DNA of 64,000 nt. Origin: an uncultured Collinsella sp. (GTDB lineage Bacteria; Actinomycetota; Coriobacteriia; Coriobacteriales; Coriobacteriaceae). The position numbers were made by a program, and so were the translations under genes. The stretch lies in the NCBI GenBank assembly GCA_900767675.1, contig CAAFZX010000014.1:269-64268 (forward strand). The letters run 5' to 3'. Position 1 is the stretch's first letter. Every line of letters begins with the position of its first letter. The notes below the pieces were generated by a model, which ran no database searches, was not told the origin of the DNA, and saw only the letters and a list, made by a program, of their open reading frames with translations. Positions 41,502-50,146 of this stretch are shown in pieces.

Positions 41502-43328
41502 TTAGGCCTCGCCTCCTTTCGCGACGGCGGCATCCGCGGTCGTAGCAGTGATTTTCCAGCTCGCGGCCTGTTCGTATTCGGCCCACATCTTGGCATATAG
41601 ACCCTCTTGGGACAGCAGTTCGGCATGGGTGCCCGACTCCTGCACGCTGCCCTGGTTGAGCACCACGATTTGGTCTGCGCCCACTACAGTCGAGAGTCGG
41701 TGCGCGATCATAATGACTGTGCGACCCGTCGCCAGCTTGCTAAAGGCGCGCTGGATGAGCGCCTCGTTCTCGGGGTCGGCAAACGCCGTGGCCTCATCGA
41801 GCACCACGATAGGCGCGTCTTTAAGGATCGCGTGGGCGAGTGCCACGCGCTGGACCTCGCCACCCGAAAGATATGCTCCGCCGGCGCCGAGCATGGTGTT
41901 GATGCCCTGTGGGAGCTTGGCCACGATATCGTCGCACTGGGCCGCGGAGAGGGCCGCGCGCACTTCGTCGTCAGTGGCTCCAGGCTTGGAGGCGCGCACG
42001 TTATCGGCAAGTGTTTGGCGGAACAGCTGGTTGGTCTGAAACACAAAGGCGACCTGGTCCATAAGCTCGTGCGGGTCCATGTCACGAACGTCTACGCCGC
42101 CTACGAGCACACGACCTGCGGAAACATCCCAAAAACGCGGAATCAGGCTGGCGCAGGTTGACTTACCGCCACCCGAGGGACCCACCAGGGCGAGGGTGCT
42201 ACCAGCGGGAACGCTGAAACTCACATGGCTAACGGCAGGTGCTTCGGCACCTTCGTACGTAAAGCTCACGTCCTCAAATCGCACGTCGCCGCCGGCAGGG
42301 TGCTTGGGTTGGGCGGGCACGGAGAGCTGCTTGGAATCCATGACGCTTCGAATGCGAGCCAGCGAATCGGCACTCATCTGAGACGCCTCGCCCACAAACA
42401 TGAGCTTGGTCATGGCCGTCGGCACCACGGCCGAAAAGATCGCGTAAAACGTAAAGTTGACCATAAAGTGCGCGAAGTCCGTCTCGCCCGGTGCCAACAA
42501 CAACGCCACGGGCAAAAGGAATGCCACAAGGCCGTTGAGCGCGGTAAGGTTGAGCACCTGCGGACCTCGGCAGAACGTACCCGCATAGTTTTGCGCCATG
42601 TCGGCGTACTCGGCAATCGCATCGTGGAAAGCCTTAAAGGAGTAGACCGTCTGCTGGAACACCTTGACCACGGGGATGCCGCGTACATATTCGGTGCCGG
42701 TCTTGTTCATCTTGACCAGCGCGCCCATGTAAGCCTTCATAAACTCGGCGCCCTTGCCGCTCATCATGGTGGCCATGGCGCAAAACGAAACGACGACCGA
42801 GATTAAGCATGCCGCGCCCAAACGCCAATCGAGGGCGAAAAGCAGCACGAGCAGGCCCACGACCATGGCGGTGGCGCCGGCAATATCGGGCAGCATGTGT
42901 GCGAGCAGCGTCTCGGTAGAGGCGGCGCAGCCGTCTACGATACGGCGCAGCTCACCGGTGGCGTGCGTGTCAAAGTAGCCGAGCGGCAGCTTAAGCAGAT
43001 GCTCGCTCGTAGTCTTGCGGATATTGGACGCGCAGCGAAACGCGGACAGGTGCGTGCACATGAGTCCCACGAAATAAACCACGATGCTCGCCAGGGCAAA
43101 ACCGACAGCCCACCAACCATACATCGCGATGTCGGCGGCCTCGCTCAGGTTAGGCGCCACGGCGATCAGGTCTCGCGCAACAAGCCAGATGCACACGTAC
43201 GGGCCAAAGCTCAACAGCTGCGAGAACGCCGAGAGGGCCATGCCCAAATACGTTAGGAATTTACGGTCACCAGCATATGCAAGTAGCTCGCCGATGCCGC
43301 CACCTTCCTTTTTCGATCCCTTTGCCAT
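41502..43328 (-). CDS. ABC transporter fused permease/ATPase (IrtA/YbtP-like)
   Basis: HLSAF, EYVRGIPVVKVF, GPSGGGKST, LDEATAFADPENE. Confidence 0.9.
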   Translation of the reverse strand: MAKGSKKEGGGIGELLAYAGDRKFLTYLGMALSAFSQLLSFGPYVCIWLVARDLIAVAPNLSEAADIAMYGWWAVGFALASIVVYFVGLMCTHLSAFRCASNIRKTTSEHLLKLPLGYFDTHATGELRRIVDGCAASTETLLAHMLPDIAGATAMVVGLLVLLFALDWRLGAACLISVVVSFCAMATMMSGKGAEFMKAYMGALVKMNKTGTEYVRGIPVVKVFQQTVYSFKAFHDAIAEYADMAQNYAGTFCRGPQVLNLTALNGLVAFLLPVALLLAPGETDFAHFMVNFTFYAIFSAVVPTAMTKLMFVGEASQMSADSLARIRSVMDSKQLSVPAQPKHPAGGDVRFEDVSFTYEGAEAPAVSHVSFSVPAGSTLALVGPSGGGKSTCASLIPRFWDVSAGRVLVGGVDVRDMDPHELMDQVAFVFQTNQLFRQTLADNVRASKPGATDDEVRAALSAAQCDDIVAKLPQGINTMLGAGGAYLSGGEVQRVALAHAILKDAPIVVLDEATAFADPENEALIQRAFSKLATGRTVIMIAHRLSTVVGADQIVVLNQGSVQESGTHAELLSQEGLYAKMWAEYEQAASWKITATTADAAVAKGGEA

Positions 43329-43448
43329 GAGATTCCTTTCTAACGGCTTGAGAGTTAACCGTAAGAAACTTATCATGGGCGTGTTAGCCAAGGCACACAA
43401 TTGGGCCAGGCGTGGACGTTTTCGCAAATGAAGGGGACGCTTTTGAAA

Positions 43449-44447
43449 ATGCGGCGGGCGGCAACCGATATAACCGAGCTCTACGCACCGCAATTTGAGC
43501 AGTTTGGCCTGCAGCTTTCCGGCAAGGGCACCGTCTTTACCGGTGAGGTGGCAAACGATCGGGCACACGGACGCGCATGGATCATGCCCCTCTCCCCCAC
43601 CTGCATCGTCATGGAGCATTTCATTACCCCGACGCACGATATGTACCTGGCCGAATACACACCCGAACCGTATGCATGCGTGAGCGAAGTCAGCGCGCCC
43701 ACGCTCATGTGCATGCCCGAGGCTGGCATAACGCCTGCGAACCTTAAACCCTTGCATGGACCGTGGCCAAACAATGCCGTGTGCAGCTTTATCCAAGATA
43801 GCTGCGGCGAAGAACTAAGCCCGCTGTTTGCAGGACAGCTTTATCACTCGCGCTCGGTGCTCTTTTTGCCTGGATATTTTGACGAACTGGAGCACCGCTA
43901 TCCCACCGAGTTCGCAGGGGTCTTTGAGGCGTTTGCCGAGCCATGGCACGAGGAAGCGACGTCCGCCATCTGCCACACGTTGCGCAGGATTAACGAGGAC
44001 CGCGCCCGCACCGCAGGCGGACACGTCTATATGCAGGGCATCGTAGAGACCATGGTCGCGGAGCTCGCCTGTTCGCGCGCGGCCCACAAGCAGGCGCGGC
44101 AGGCGGCAGACACACGCGCCAGCGTGACCATTGCCGAAGAAGCAACGGCAATGATTGAGCGCACGCTCGACAAAGGCAGACGCGTGGGTATCAACGAGGT
44201 GGCCGAGAGGCTCTACACAAGCCGCTCCAAACTATGCGCCACCTTTAAGGCCCAAACTGGCGAGTCCCTGGGCGCCTACATCCGCAGACGCCGTATGGAG
44301 CGAGCACAGGACCTTTTGGCCGACAGCTCGCTAACGATAGCGCAGGTTGCAGAGCGTCTAGGCTACCCTCAGCAGGCCGCCTTCGCCCAAGCCTTCAAGC
44401 AACACACCGGCACCACCCCCACCGCCTGGCGCTCCCAACATATATAA
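43449..44447 (+). CDS. AraC-family regulator (PchR/YbtA-like)
   Basis: C-terminal double HTH: SRSKLCATFK...IAQVAERLGYPQQAAFAQAFK; divergent from the ABC pair. Confidence 0.88.
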   Translation: MRRAATDITELYAPQFEQFGLQLSGKGTVFTGEVANDRAHGRAWIMPLSPTCIVMEHFITPTHDMYLAEYTPEPYACVSEVSAPTLMCMPEAGITPANLKPLHGPWPNNAVCSFIQDSCGEELSPLFAGQLYHSRSVLFLPGYFDELEHRYPTEFAGVFEAFAEPWHEEATSAICHTLRRINEDRARTAGGHVYMQGIVETMVAELACSRAAHKQARQAADTRASVTIAEEATAMIERTLDKGRRVGINEVAERLYTSRSKLCATFKAQTGESLGAYIRRRRMERAQDLLADSSLTIAQVAERLGYPQQAAFAQAFKQHTGTTPTAWRSQHI

Positions 44448-44523
44448 AGAATGAAGGCGCCAACGGCGCCCTCATTCACCAAATTCAATCCAGCCCACCT
44501 GACCCGAACGGCCGAGTCGTCAC

Positions 44524-44659
44524 GGAACCGAGGGGCCGGGCGCAGGGCCTTGCCTCTCAATGAGTTCCGCACGAACAGGAGGCGCCAGTGGCGCCTCCGT
44601 CGTGAGTCAGGACTGTCCGAAATTGAGAGGCAAGGCCCTGCGCCCGGCCCCTCGGTTCC
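44524..44659. repeat. Long nested hairpin element (38-bp perfect inverted repeat with conserved core)
   Basis: Arms 44524-44561/44622-44659; inner stem GGAGGCGCC/GGCGCCTCC; core shared with 24993-25126. Confidence 0.85.
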
Positions 44660-44662
44660 CGT

Positions 44663-46339
44663 TTACGAGAGCGACGTTCTCAGCAACTCGTTGAAGAGCT
44701 TCGGGTTGCCCTTGCCGCGGCTCGCCTTCATGCACTGGCCCACCAAAAAGCCGATGACCTTCTGGTTGCCGTCGCGATACTGCTGCGCCTGCTCGGCACA
44801 GTTTGCCAGCACCTCGTCTACGATGGGCTGCAGCGCGCCGGCATCGCTCACCTGACGCATGCCGCGCTCGTCGACGATCTTGTTGGGGTCGTCGCCGGTC
44901 TGCGCCATGGCCTCAAAGACCTCGTGCGCCTGGTTGGAGCTGATGGCATCGGTCGCGAGCAGCTTGGCAAGCGCCGCCACCTGAGCCGGCGCGATACCGG
45001 ACTCAGTCAACAACACACCCGCGCCCTTAAGGTAGGCGATCATCTCGTTGACCAGCAGGTTCGCGACCGTCTGGGCCTCCTTGCCAGCCATGCCGGCAGC
45101 AGCGGCCTCAAAGAACTCGGCAAACTCCGGGTCGCCGGCGATCTGCTCGGCATCGGCCGCCTTAATGCCAAAATCGGCCTCAAAGCGGGCACGCTTGGCA
45201 TCGGGCAGCTCGGGGATCTCGCCGCGGCAGCGGTCGATGAACTCGTCATCCAAATCGAACGGCGCCAGATCAGGATCGGGGAACAGACGATAGTCGTCGG
45301 CCGTCTCCTTCACGCGCATGACCACGGTGCGCTTGCGGCTGGGCTCCCAGTGGCGGGTCTCCTGGTAGATGATGCCGCCCTCCTCGAGCACCTCGGCCTG
45401 ACGGCAGATCTCGTAGGCGAGGCCGTCGTGCAGGCTCTTGAACGAGTTGAGGTTCTTGAGCTCGGTCTTGGTACCCAGCTTGGTGGACCCACGGCGACGC
45501 AGGCTCACGTTGCCGTCGCAGCGCATGGAGCCCTTCTCCATCGAGCAGTCGGAAATACCCAGCGTCACAAAGATGCGACGGAGCTTTTCCATAAACAGGC
45601 GCGCCTCCTCGGGCGTGCGCAGGTCGGGCTCGGTGACGAGCTCGATAAGCGGCGTGCCGCAGCGGTTGTAGTCGACGAGCGACTCGGCCGCGGCGGTAAT
45701 GCGGCCCTCGGCACCGCCCACGTGTACCATCTTGGCGGCGTCCTCCTCCATGTGGATGCGCAGGATGCGGATGGGTACCGTGTAGGAACCGTCCTCGCGA
45801 CGCTCGGGCATCTGTAGGTTGGAGGCATCGTAGCTGGCCAGATGACCGGCGCGCTGATTGCCCTCGCGCATCGTGGAGGACATGGACGTGGACAGGCCCT
45901 CGGCGTTGGCCGAGGCGCTCGCCAGGCTCTGGGCCTCGGCCTCGCCAAACGCGCAGTCGGGGCGCTCGGCGGCACCGCGACCGGTCACGTCCAGATCCAG
46001 GTGGCCGTACATGGCAAAGGCGACCGGACCCTGTGTGGTCTGGAAGTTCTTGGCCATATCGGGATAGAAATAGTGCTTGCGGTAGAACATCGAGTGGCGC
46101 TGGATCTCGCAGTTGGTGGCGAGACCCGCCTTGACGATGCTCTCGATGGCGCGCTTGTTGGGCACCGGCAGGGCGCCGGGCAGGCCCAGGCACACCGGAC
46201 ACACGTTGGCGTTGGGCTCATCATCGTGGCTGAGCTTGCAGTTGCAGAACATCTTGGTATCGAGTGCGGTGAGCTCGGTATGGATTTCCAGGCCGATCAC
46301 GGCCTCCCAATCCTGCAGGACCTCGGAAAGCTCCTTCAT
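44663..46339 (-). CDS. gatB: Asp/Glu-tRNA amidotransferase subunit B
   Basis: IGLEIHTEL, RIHMEEDA, DYNRCGTPLIE, GSMRCDGNVS. Confidence 0.96.
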   Translation of the reverse strand: MKELSEVLQDWEAVIGLEIHTELTALDTKMFCNCKLSHDDEPNANVCPVCLGLPGALPVPNKRAIESIVKAGLATNCEIQRHSMFYRKHYFYPDMAKNFQTTQGPVAFAMYGHLDLDVTGRGAAERPDCAFGEAEAQSLASASANAEGLSTSMSSTMREGNQRAGHLASYDASNLQMPERREDGSYTVPIRILRIHMEEDAAKMVHVGGAEGRITAAAESLVDYNRCGTPLIELVTEPDLRTPEEARLFMEKLRRIFVTLGISDCSMEKGSMRCDGNVSLRRRGSTKLGTKTELKNLNSFKSLHDGLAYEICRQAEVLEEGGIIYQETRHWEPSRKRTVVMRVKETADDYRLFPDPDLAPFDLDDEFIDRCRGEIPELPDAKRARFEADFGIKAADAEQIAGDPEFAEFFEAAAAGMAGKEAQTVANLLVNEMIAYLKGAGVLLTESGIAPAQVAALAKLLATDAISSNQAHEVFEAMAQTGDDPNKIVDERGMRQVSDAGALQPIVDEVLANCAEQAQQYRDGNQKVIGFLVGQCMKASRGKGNPKLFNELLRTSLS

Positions 46340-47853
46340 TACAGCTCGCCTCCCTTCCCGGCAAAATCGGGCGCGACGGAAAGCGCGGGCGCACCCGTGG
46401 CGGCATCGGCAAAGCCGCGCTCCAGGGCGCGGGCAAACGTGAGCAGCTGACGGTCCTTAAAGGCAGGTCCCACCAGCTGGGCAGAAACGGGCAGGTGGCT
46501 GTCCTCGCCCAGGCCCAGCGGCACCGAGATGCCGCCGTTGCCGCAAATGTTGAGCGAGATGGTGTACAGGTCGGAGAGGTACATCTGCGTGGGGTCGCTG
46601 ATCTCGCCAAACTTAAAGGCCGTGCGCGGCGAGGCGGGCATGAGGATGGTGTCCACCTTGGCATACGCGGCGTCGTAGTCCTGCGTGATGAGCGTGCGAG
46701 CCTTCTGCGCGGCATAGTAGTACTTGTCGTACACGCCCGAGCTCAGCAGGTAGGCGCCGAGCATCTGACGGCGCTTGGCCTCGGCACCAAAACCGTGGGC
46801 GCGGCTGAGCGAGCTCTGGTCGGACAGGTTGGCGCAGCCCTCCTCCTGGTAGCCGTAGCGAATGCCATCGAAGCGGGCCAGGTTGGAGAACGCCTCGGCA
46901 GGGCCGATGACGTAGTAGGCGGCGATAGCGGCATCCAGGTGCGGCAGGTCAACCTCCACGAGCTCGGCGCCCTGGGCCTCGAGCTCACGGGCGGCGCGCT
47001 CAACGGCGGCCTTGACCTCGGGCGTCAAGCCCTCGGCCTCCATAAACGCGGGGATGATGCCCATGCGCTTTCCCTCGATGCTGTCGTTGAGGTGCTCGGT
47101 AAAGTCGACGGCGCAATCCTGGCTGGTGCAGTCGTACGGATCGTGGCCCGCGCCGGTAAGCGCGTTCATGGCCAGCGCGACATCCTCGACCGTGCGGCCA
47201 AAGGGGCCCACCTGGTCGAGCGACGAGCCAAAGGCAACCACGCCGTAACGGCTCACGGCGCCATACGTGGGCTTAAGGCCCACCACGCCGCACAGCGCCG
47301 CCGGCTGGCGAATGGAGCCGCCGGTGTCCGAGCCCAGCGAGAGCGCGACCTCACCCGCGGCAACGGCGGCAGCGGAGCCGCCCGAAGAACCGCCGGGCAC
47401 GCGCTCGGTATCCCAGGGGTTGTTGGTGCGGTGGAACGCCGAGCTCTCGGTGGAGCTGCCAAAGGCAAACTCGTCCATGTTGGCCTTGCCCATGGGCAGG
47501 CAGCCGGCGTCGAGCATGCGCTGGACGCAGGTGGCGGTGTAAACGCTCTGGTAGTTCTCGAGCATACGGGAAGCGCAGGTGGTGCGCGTGCCCACGAGGT
47601 TCATGTTGTCCTTGATGGCCAGCGGCACGCCCGCAAGCGGGGGCAGCGGCTTGCCCGCGGCACGGTCGGCATCCACGCGCGCGGCGGCCTCGAGCGCAAG
47701 CTCGGGCGCCACCTGCAGGAATGCCTGGACCCCGCCCTCGCGCGCCTCGATGGCGGCGAGGGAGGCCTGGGCCACCTCGGTAGCGGTAAAGTCGCCGGCG
47801 GCAACGCCGGCGGCGAGCTGGGCGGCGGTAAGGGAATCGAAGCTCTGCGCCAT
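46339..47853 (-). CDS. gatA: Asp/Glu-tRNA amidotransferase subunit A
   Basis: IKDN, PGGSSGGS, GSDTGGSIRQPA. Confidence 0.96.
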   Translation of the reverse strand: MAQSFDSLTAAQLAAGVAAGDFTATEVAQASLAAIEAREGGVQAFLQVAPELALEAAARVDADRAAGKPLPPLAGVPLAIKDNMNLVGTRTTCASRMLENYQSVYTATCVQRMLDAGCLPMGKANMDEFAFGSSTESSAFHRTNNPWDTERVPGGSSGGSAAAVAAGEVALSLGSDTGGSIRQPAALCGVVGLKPTYGAVSRYGVVAFGSSLDQVGPFGRTVEDVALAMNALTGAGHDPYDCTSQDCAVDFTEHLNDSIEGKRMGIIPAFMEAEGLTPEVKAAVERAARELEAQGAELVEVDLPHLDAAIAAYYVIGPAEAFSNLARFDGIRYGYQEEGCANLSDQSSLSRAHGFGAEAKRRQMLGAYLLSSGVYDKYYYAAQKARTLITQDYDAAYAKVDTILMPASPRTAFKFGEISDPTQMYLSDLYTISLNICGNGGISVPLGLGEDSHLPVSAQLVGPAFKDRQLLTFARALERGFADAATGAPALSVAPDFAGKGGEL

Positions 47854-48164
47854 TACTCGCTCTCCCCCTCTCCCAAAATGGACGGCACGCGGAAGTAGCG
47901 GTCGCGCGCGCTGCCGGCGTTTTCGAGCGCGACGTCGAGCGGCAGGTCGCGCTCGGGCTCGCGCAGGTCATCGCCCATCACGTTGGACAAGCTTCCGATG
48001 GGATGGAACGTGGGCTCCACGTCGGGTAAGTCATATTGCAAGACGGGCTCGAGCATCTGGACGGCGTCGTTCATATAGGACGTCATCTGGGTGAGCTCGT
48101 CATCGGTCAGTGCGATCTTTGCGTACTCGGCGATGCCGCGCACGTCTTTCTCGCTGAGTGCCAT
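47853..48164 (-). CDS. gatC: Asp/Glu-tRNA amidotransferase subunit C
   Basis: Position before gatA; DVEPTFH, YFRVPSIL. Confidence 0.92.
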   Translation of the reverse strand: MALSEKDVRGIAEYAKIALTDDELTQMTSYMNDAVQMLEPVLQYDLPDVEPTFHPIGSLSNVMGDDLREPERDLPLDVALENAGSARDRYFRVPSILGEGESE

Positions 48165-48366
48165 AGGCGCTCCCTTCCGCATAACAGATAAACCGCTCTA
48201 GTATACAAGGCAACGCCACTTGGAGCAGGTGCTTTACCCAAATGCAGCGAAAACGTAACGAGGGCGGTGGATTGGCAGGCTGCGGGCTGGCGGCTCTGCA
48301 GCGAAAACCGCGCCGTCCGTAGCGAAAACCGTACCGTCCATAGCGAAACCGTCCCGCCCGCAACGA

Positions 48367-48431
48367 AAACCATCACAACATTCGACGCTATTCGTCAAAA
48401 TCGAGATTTTCATCGAATGTTGTGATGGTTT
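48367..48431. repeat. 65-bp spaced palindrome, copy A
   Basis: AAACCATCACAACATTCGA-N27-TCGAATGTTGTGATGGTTT. Confidence 0.92.
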
Positions 48432-48489
48432 GGAAGTCCCGGCCACCACAAAGGTGCCTGTCCCCATTGCGGTGGTTCTGGAGAATGTC

Positions 48490-49428
48490 TTATGCCGAGG
48501 CCTTGGCCTTGCGGTGCTTGAGGACCGCGTGGATCACGATGTCCAGCAGCAACAACACAATGGCCACGACCACGATGAGCACGGCAAACTCACGCTTGCC
48601 CCAGTGGCGGCCGACCAGCGACTTTTGCTTGTCGACGTCCTTCTTGTTGTACTTGGTGCGCACGCAATGCACCAGCAGGCGGTGGTCGTTCACGCCGTAG
48701 GGCGTGCAGGTGACGAGCGTCACCTTGTCGGCGCCGGGCTCGATAGTCAGCGACTCCATCTCCTCGGGCAGCACGACCTCGGAGTCCACCATCTTGTAGG
48801 CGAGCGTCTTGTTCATGGTGTGCAGCAGTACCAGGTCGCCGGGCTCCAGCGAGTGGATGTCGTCGAACATGCTCAGGTTGCGCATGCCCGAGTGCGCGGT
48901 GAGCACGCAATGCGTCGAGGTGCCGCCCACCGGCAGGCTCGTGCCCTCCAGGTGGCCGACGCCCGCCATGAGGACTTCTTCGCTCGTGCCGTGGTAGATG
49001 GGCATGCTCACGTCGATGGAGGGGATCTCGACCCAGCTCATCATGGGGTCGCGGTCAAAGATGAGCTGCTGGGCGTAGGGCTCAATCTGGTCGGCGGGGA
49101 GCTCGGTGGCCTCGCCCGCCAGCTGCTCGTTAAAGGAGCGAGCCTGGAGCAGGATGCGCTCGCGCTCCTCGGCGGACAGCGCGTCCACGGTGCTGGACAC
49201 GGTACTGATCTGGTTAAACACGCCCGAGGCCTCGAGCCGGTCCAAGATCCACGGCCAGGTCATAAGACCCACGCCAATAAGGATTATGACGATGGTGATG
49301 AGCCGGTCGGCCCAGCGCGGCAGTCGCTTGCGACGGCGCTTAGGTTTTGGTTGAGGTTTGGGCTGAGGGCTTGAGCCGCCATTGGCCGCGGCGTTATTGC
49401 TCTTCATATGTTTGGCGCCCTGCACCAT
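48490..49428 (-). CDS. srtC: Class C (pilus) sortase
   Basis: GHLEGTSLPVGG, AHSG, TLVTCTPYGVNDHRLLV; N- and C-terminal transmembrane segments. Confidence 0.94.
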   Translation of the reverse strand: MVQGAKHMKSNNAAANGGSSPQPKPQPKPKRRRKRLPRWADRLITIVIILIGVGLMTWPWILDRLEASGVFNQISTVSSTVDALSAEERERILLQARSFNEQLAGEATELPADQIEPYAQQLIFDRDPMMSWVEIPSIDVSMPIYHGTSEEVLMAGVGHLEGTSLPVGGTSTHCVLTAHSGMRNLSMFDDIHSLEPGDLVLLHTMNKTLAYKMVDSEVVLPEEMESLTIEPGADKVTLVTCTPYGVNDHRLLVHCVRTKYNKKDVDKQKSLVGRHWGKREFAVLIVVVAIVLLLLDIVIHAVLKHRKAKASA

Positions 49429-49688
49429 CGCCGGTCACTCCTCTACAGCTCAAGTTGTCTAAACAAATAATAGCCGATTAGCGAGCTTCCGCGCCGGACA
49501 ACGCAGCCTGGCAGCATTGCGCAGCGCAAGTATGGGCCCGCATTTGCGTTTTAAAAATGTCCCGAATCGGCGGGGCGATTCGGGATACAATAGCTACAGG
49601 AAACGACGCACCCCGCGTAAGTACTTAGGAGCGCGGGCGACCAGTTTCCGACGTTGTTAAATGCCCGGGCCTCTAACCCCGGGCATTC

Positions 49689-49841
49689 TTATTTGCGCTT
49701 GTTACGGCGCAAATGCCTTCTACCGTCCGCACCGCGCGTGCGCCTACGGACCTTAAACCGAACCTCATACGAGTCAAGAAACGCGATGACGAACGTGCCC
49801 ACCGCCGCGAGGGCGGCGAGCGCGTTAAGGAATTTCAGCAT
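49689..49841 (-). CDS. 50-aa hydrophobic/basic peptide, candidate type I toxin
   Basis: GGAGGT RBS 6 nt before ATG; MLKFLNALAALAAVGTFVIAFLD followed by an Arg/Lys-rich tail. Confidence 0.65.
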   Translation of the reverse strand: MLKFLNALAALAAVGTFVIAFLDSYEVRFKVRRRTRGADGRRHLRRNKRK

Positions 49842-49944
49842 TTGGGGACCTCCGATCGAGTCGTCGGCCGCCCGCGCACGGGATGCGTCACAAGGCCATT
49901 TTACTGCGAGTGCATGCACCCGCAGCTGGTAAACGCAATAATTG

Positions 49945-49959
49945 CAAACATCTGTTCGA
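49945..49959 (-). promoter_or_regulatory. Putative LexA (SOS) box
   Basis: TCGAACAGATGTTTG versus Gram-positive consensus CGAAC-N4-GTTCG, one mismatch. Confidence 0.5.
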
Positions 49960-50146
49960 TATTCATACGCTTGATCCATCGGGCAATGGAGCCTGGCTGC
50001 GTTGTCCAAAAAGAACGGGGCAGACTCCAGTGCGGAGTCTGCCCCGAAAAGAGAATGGCAAAGCAAGAATGTAGATGGACGAGAAAAGTGTCCGCAAGTC
50101 TCATGGCCATCACATCCCACCTGCCAAGGGGATGGGTGAGCGAGCG

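Noticed and set aside
49689..50120. 143-aa version of the small ORF
   Set aside because: The strong RBS lies before ATG 49841; the upstream extension overlaps promoter-like and LexA-like sequence
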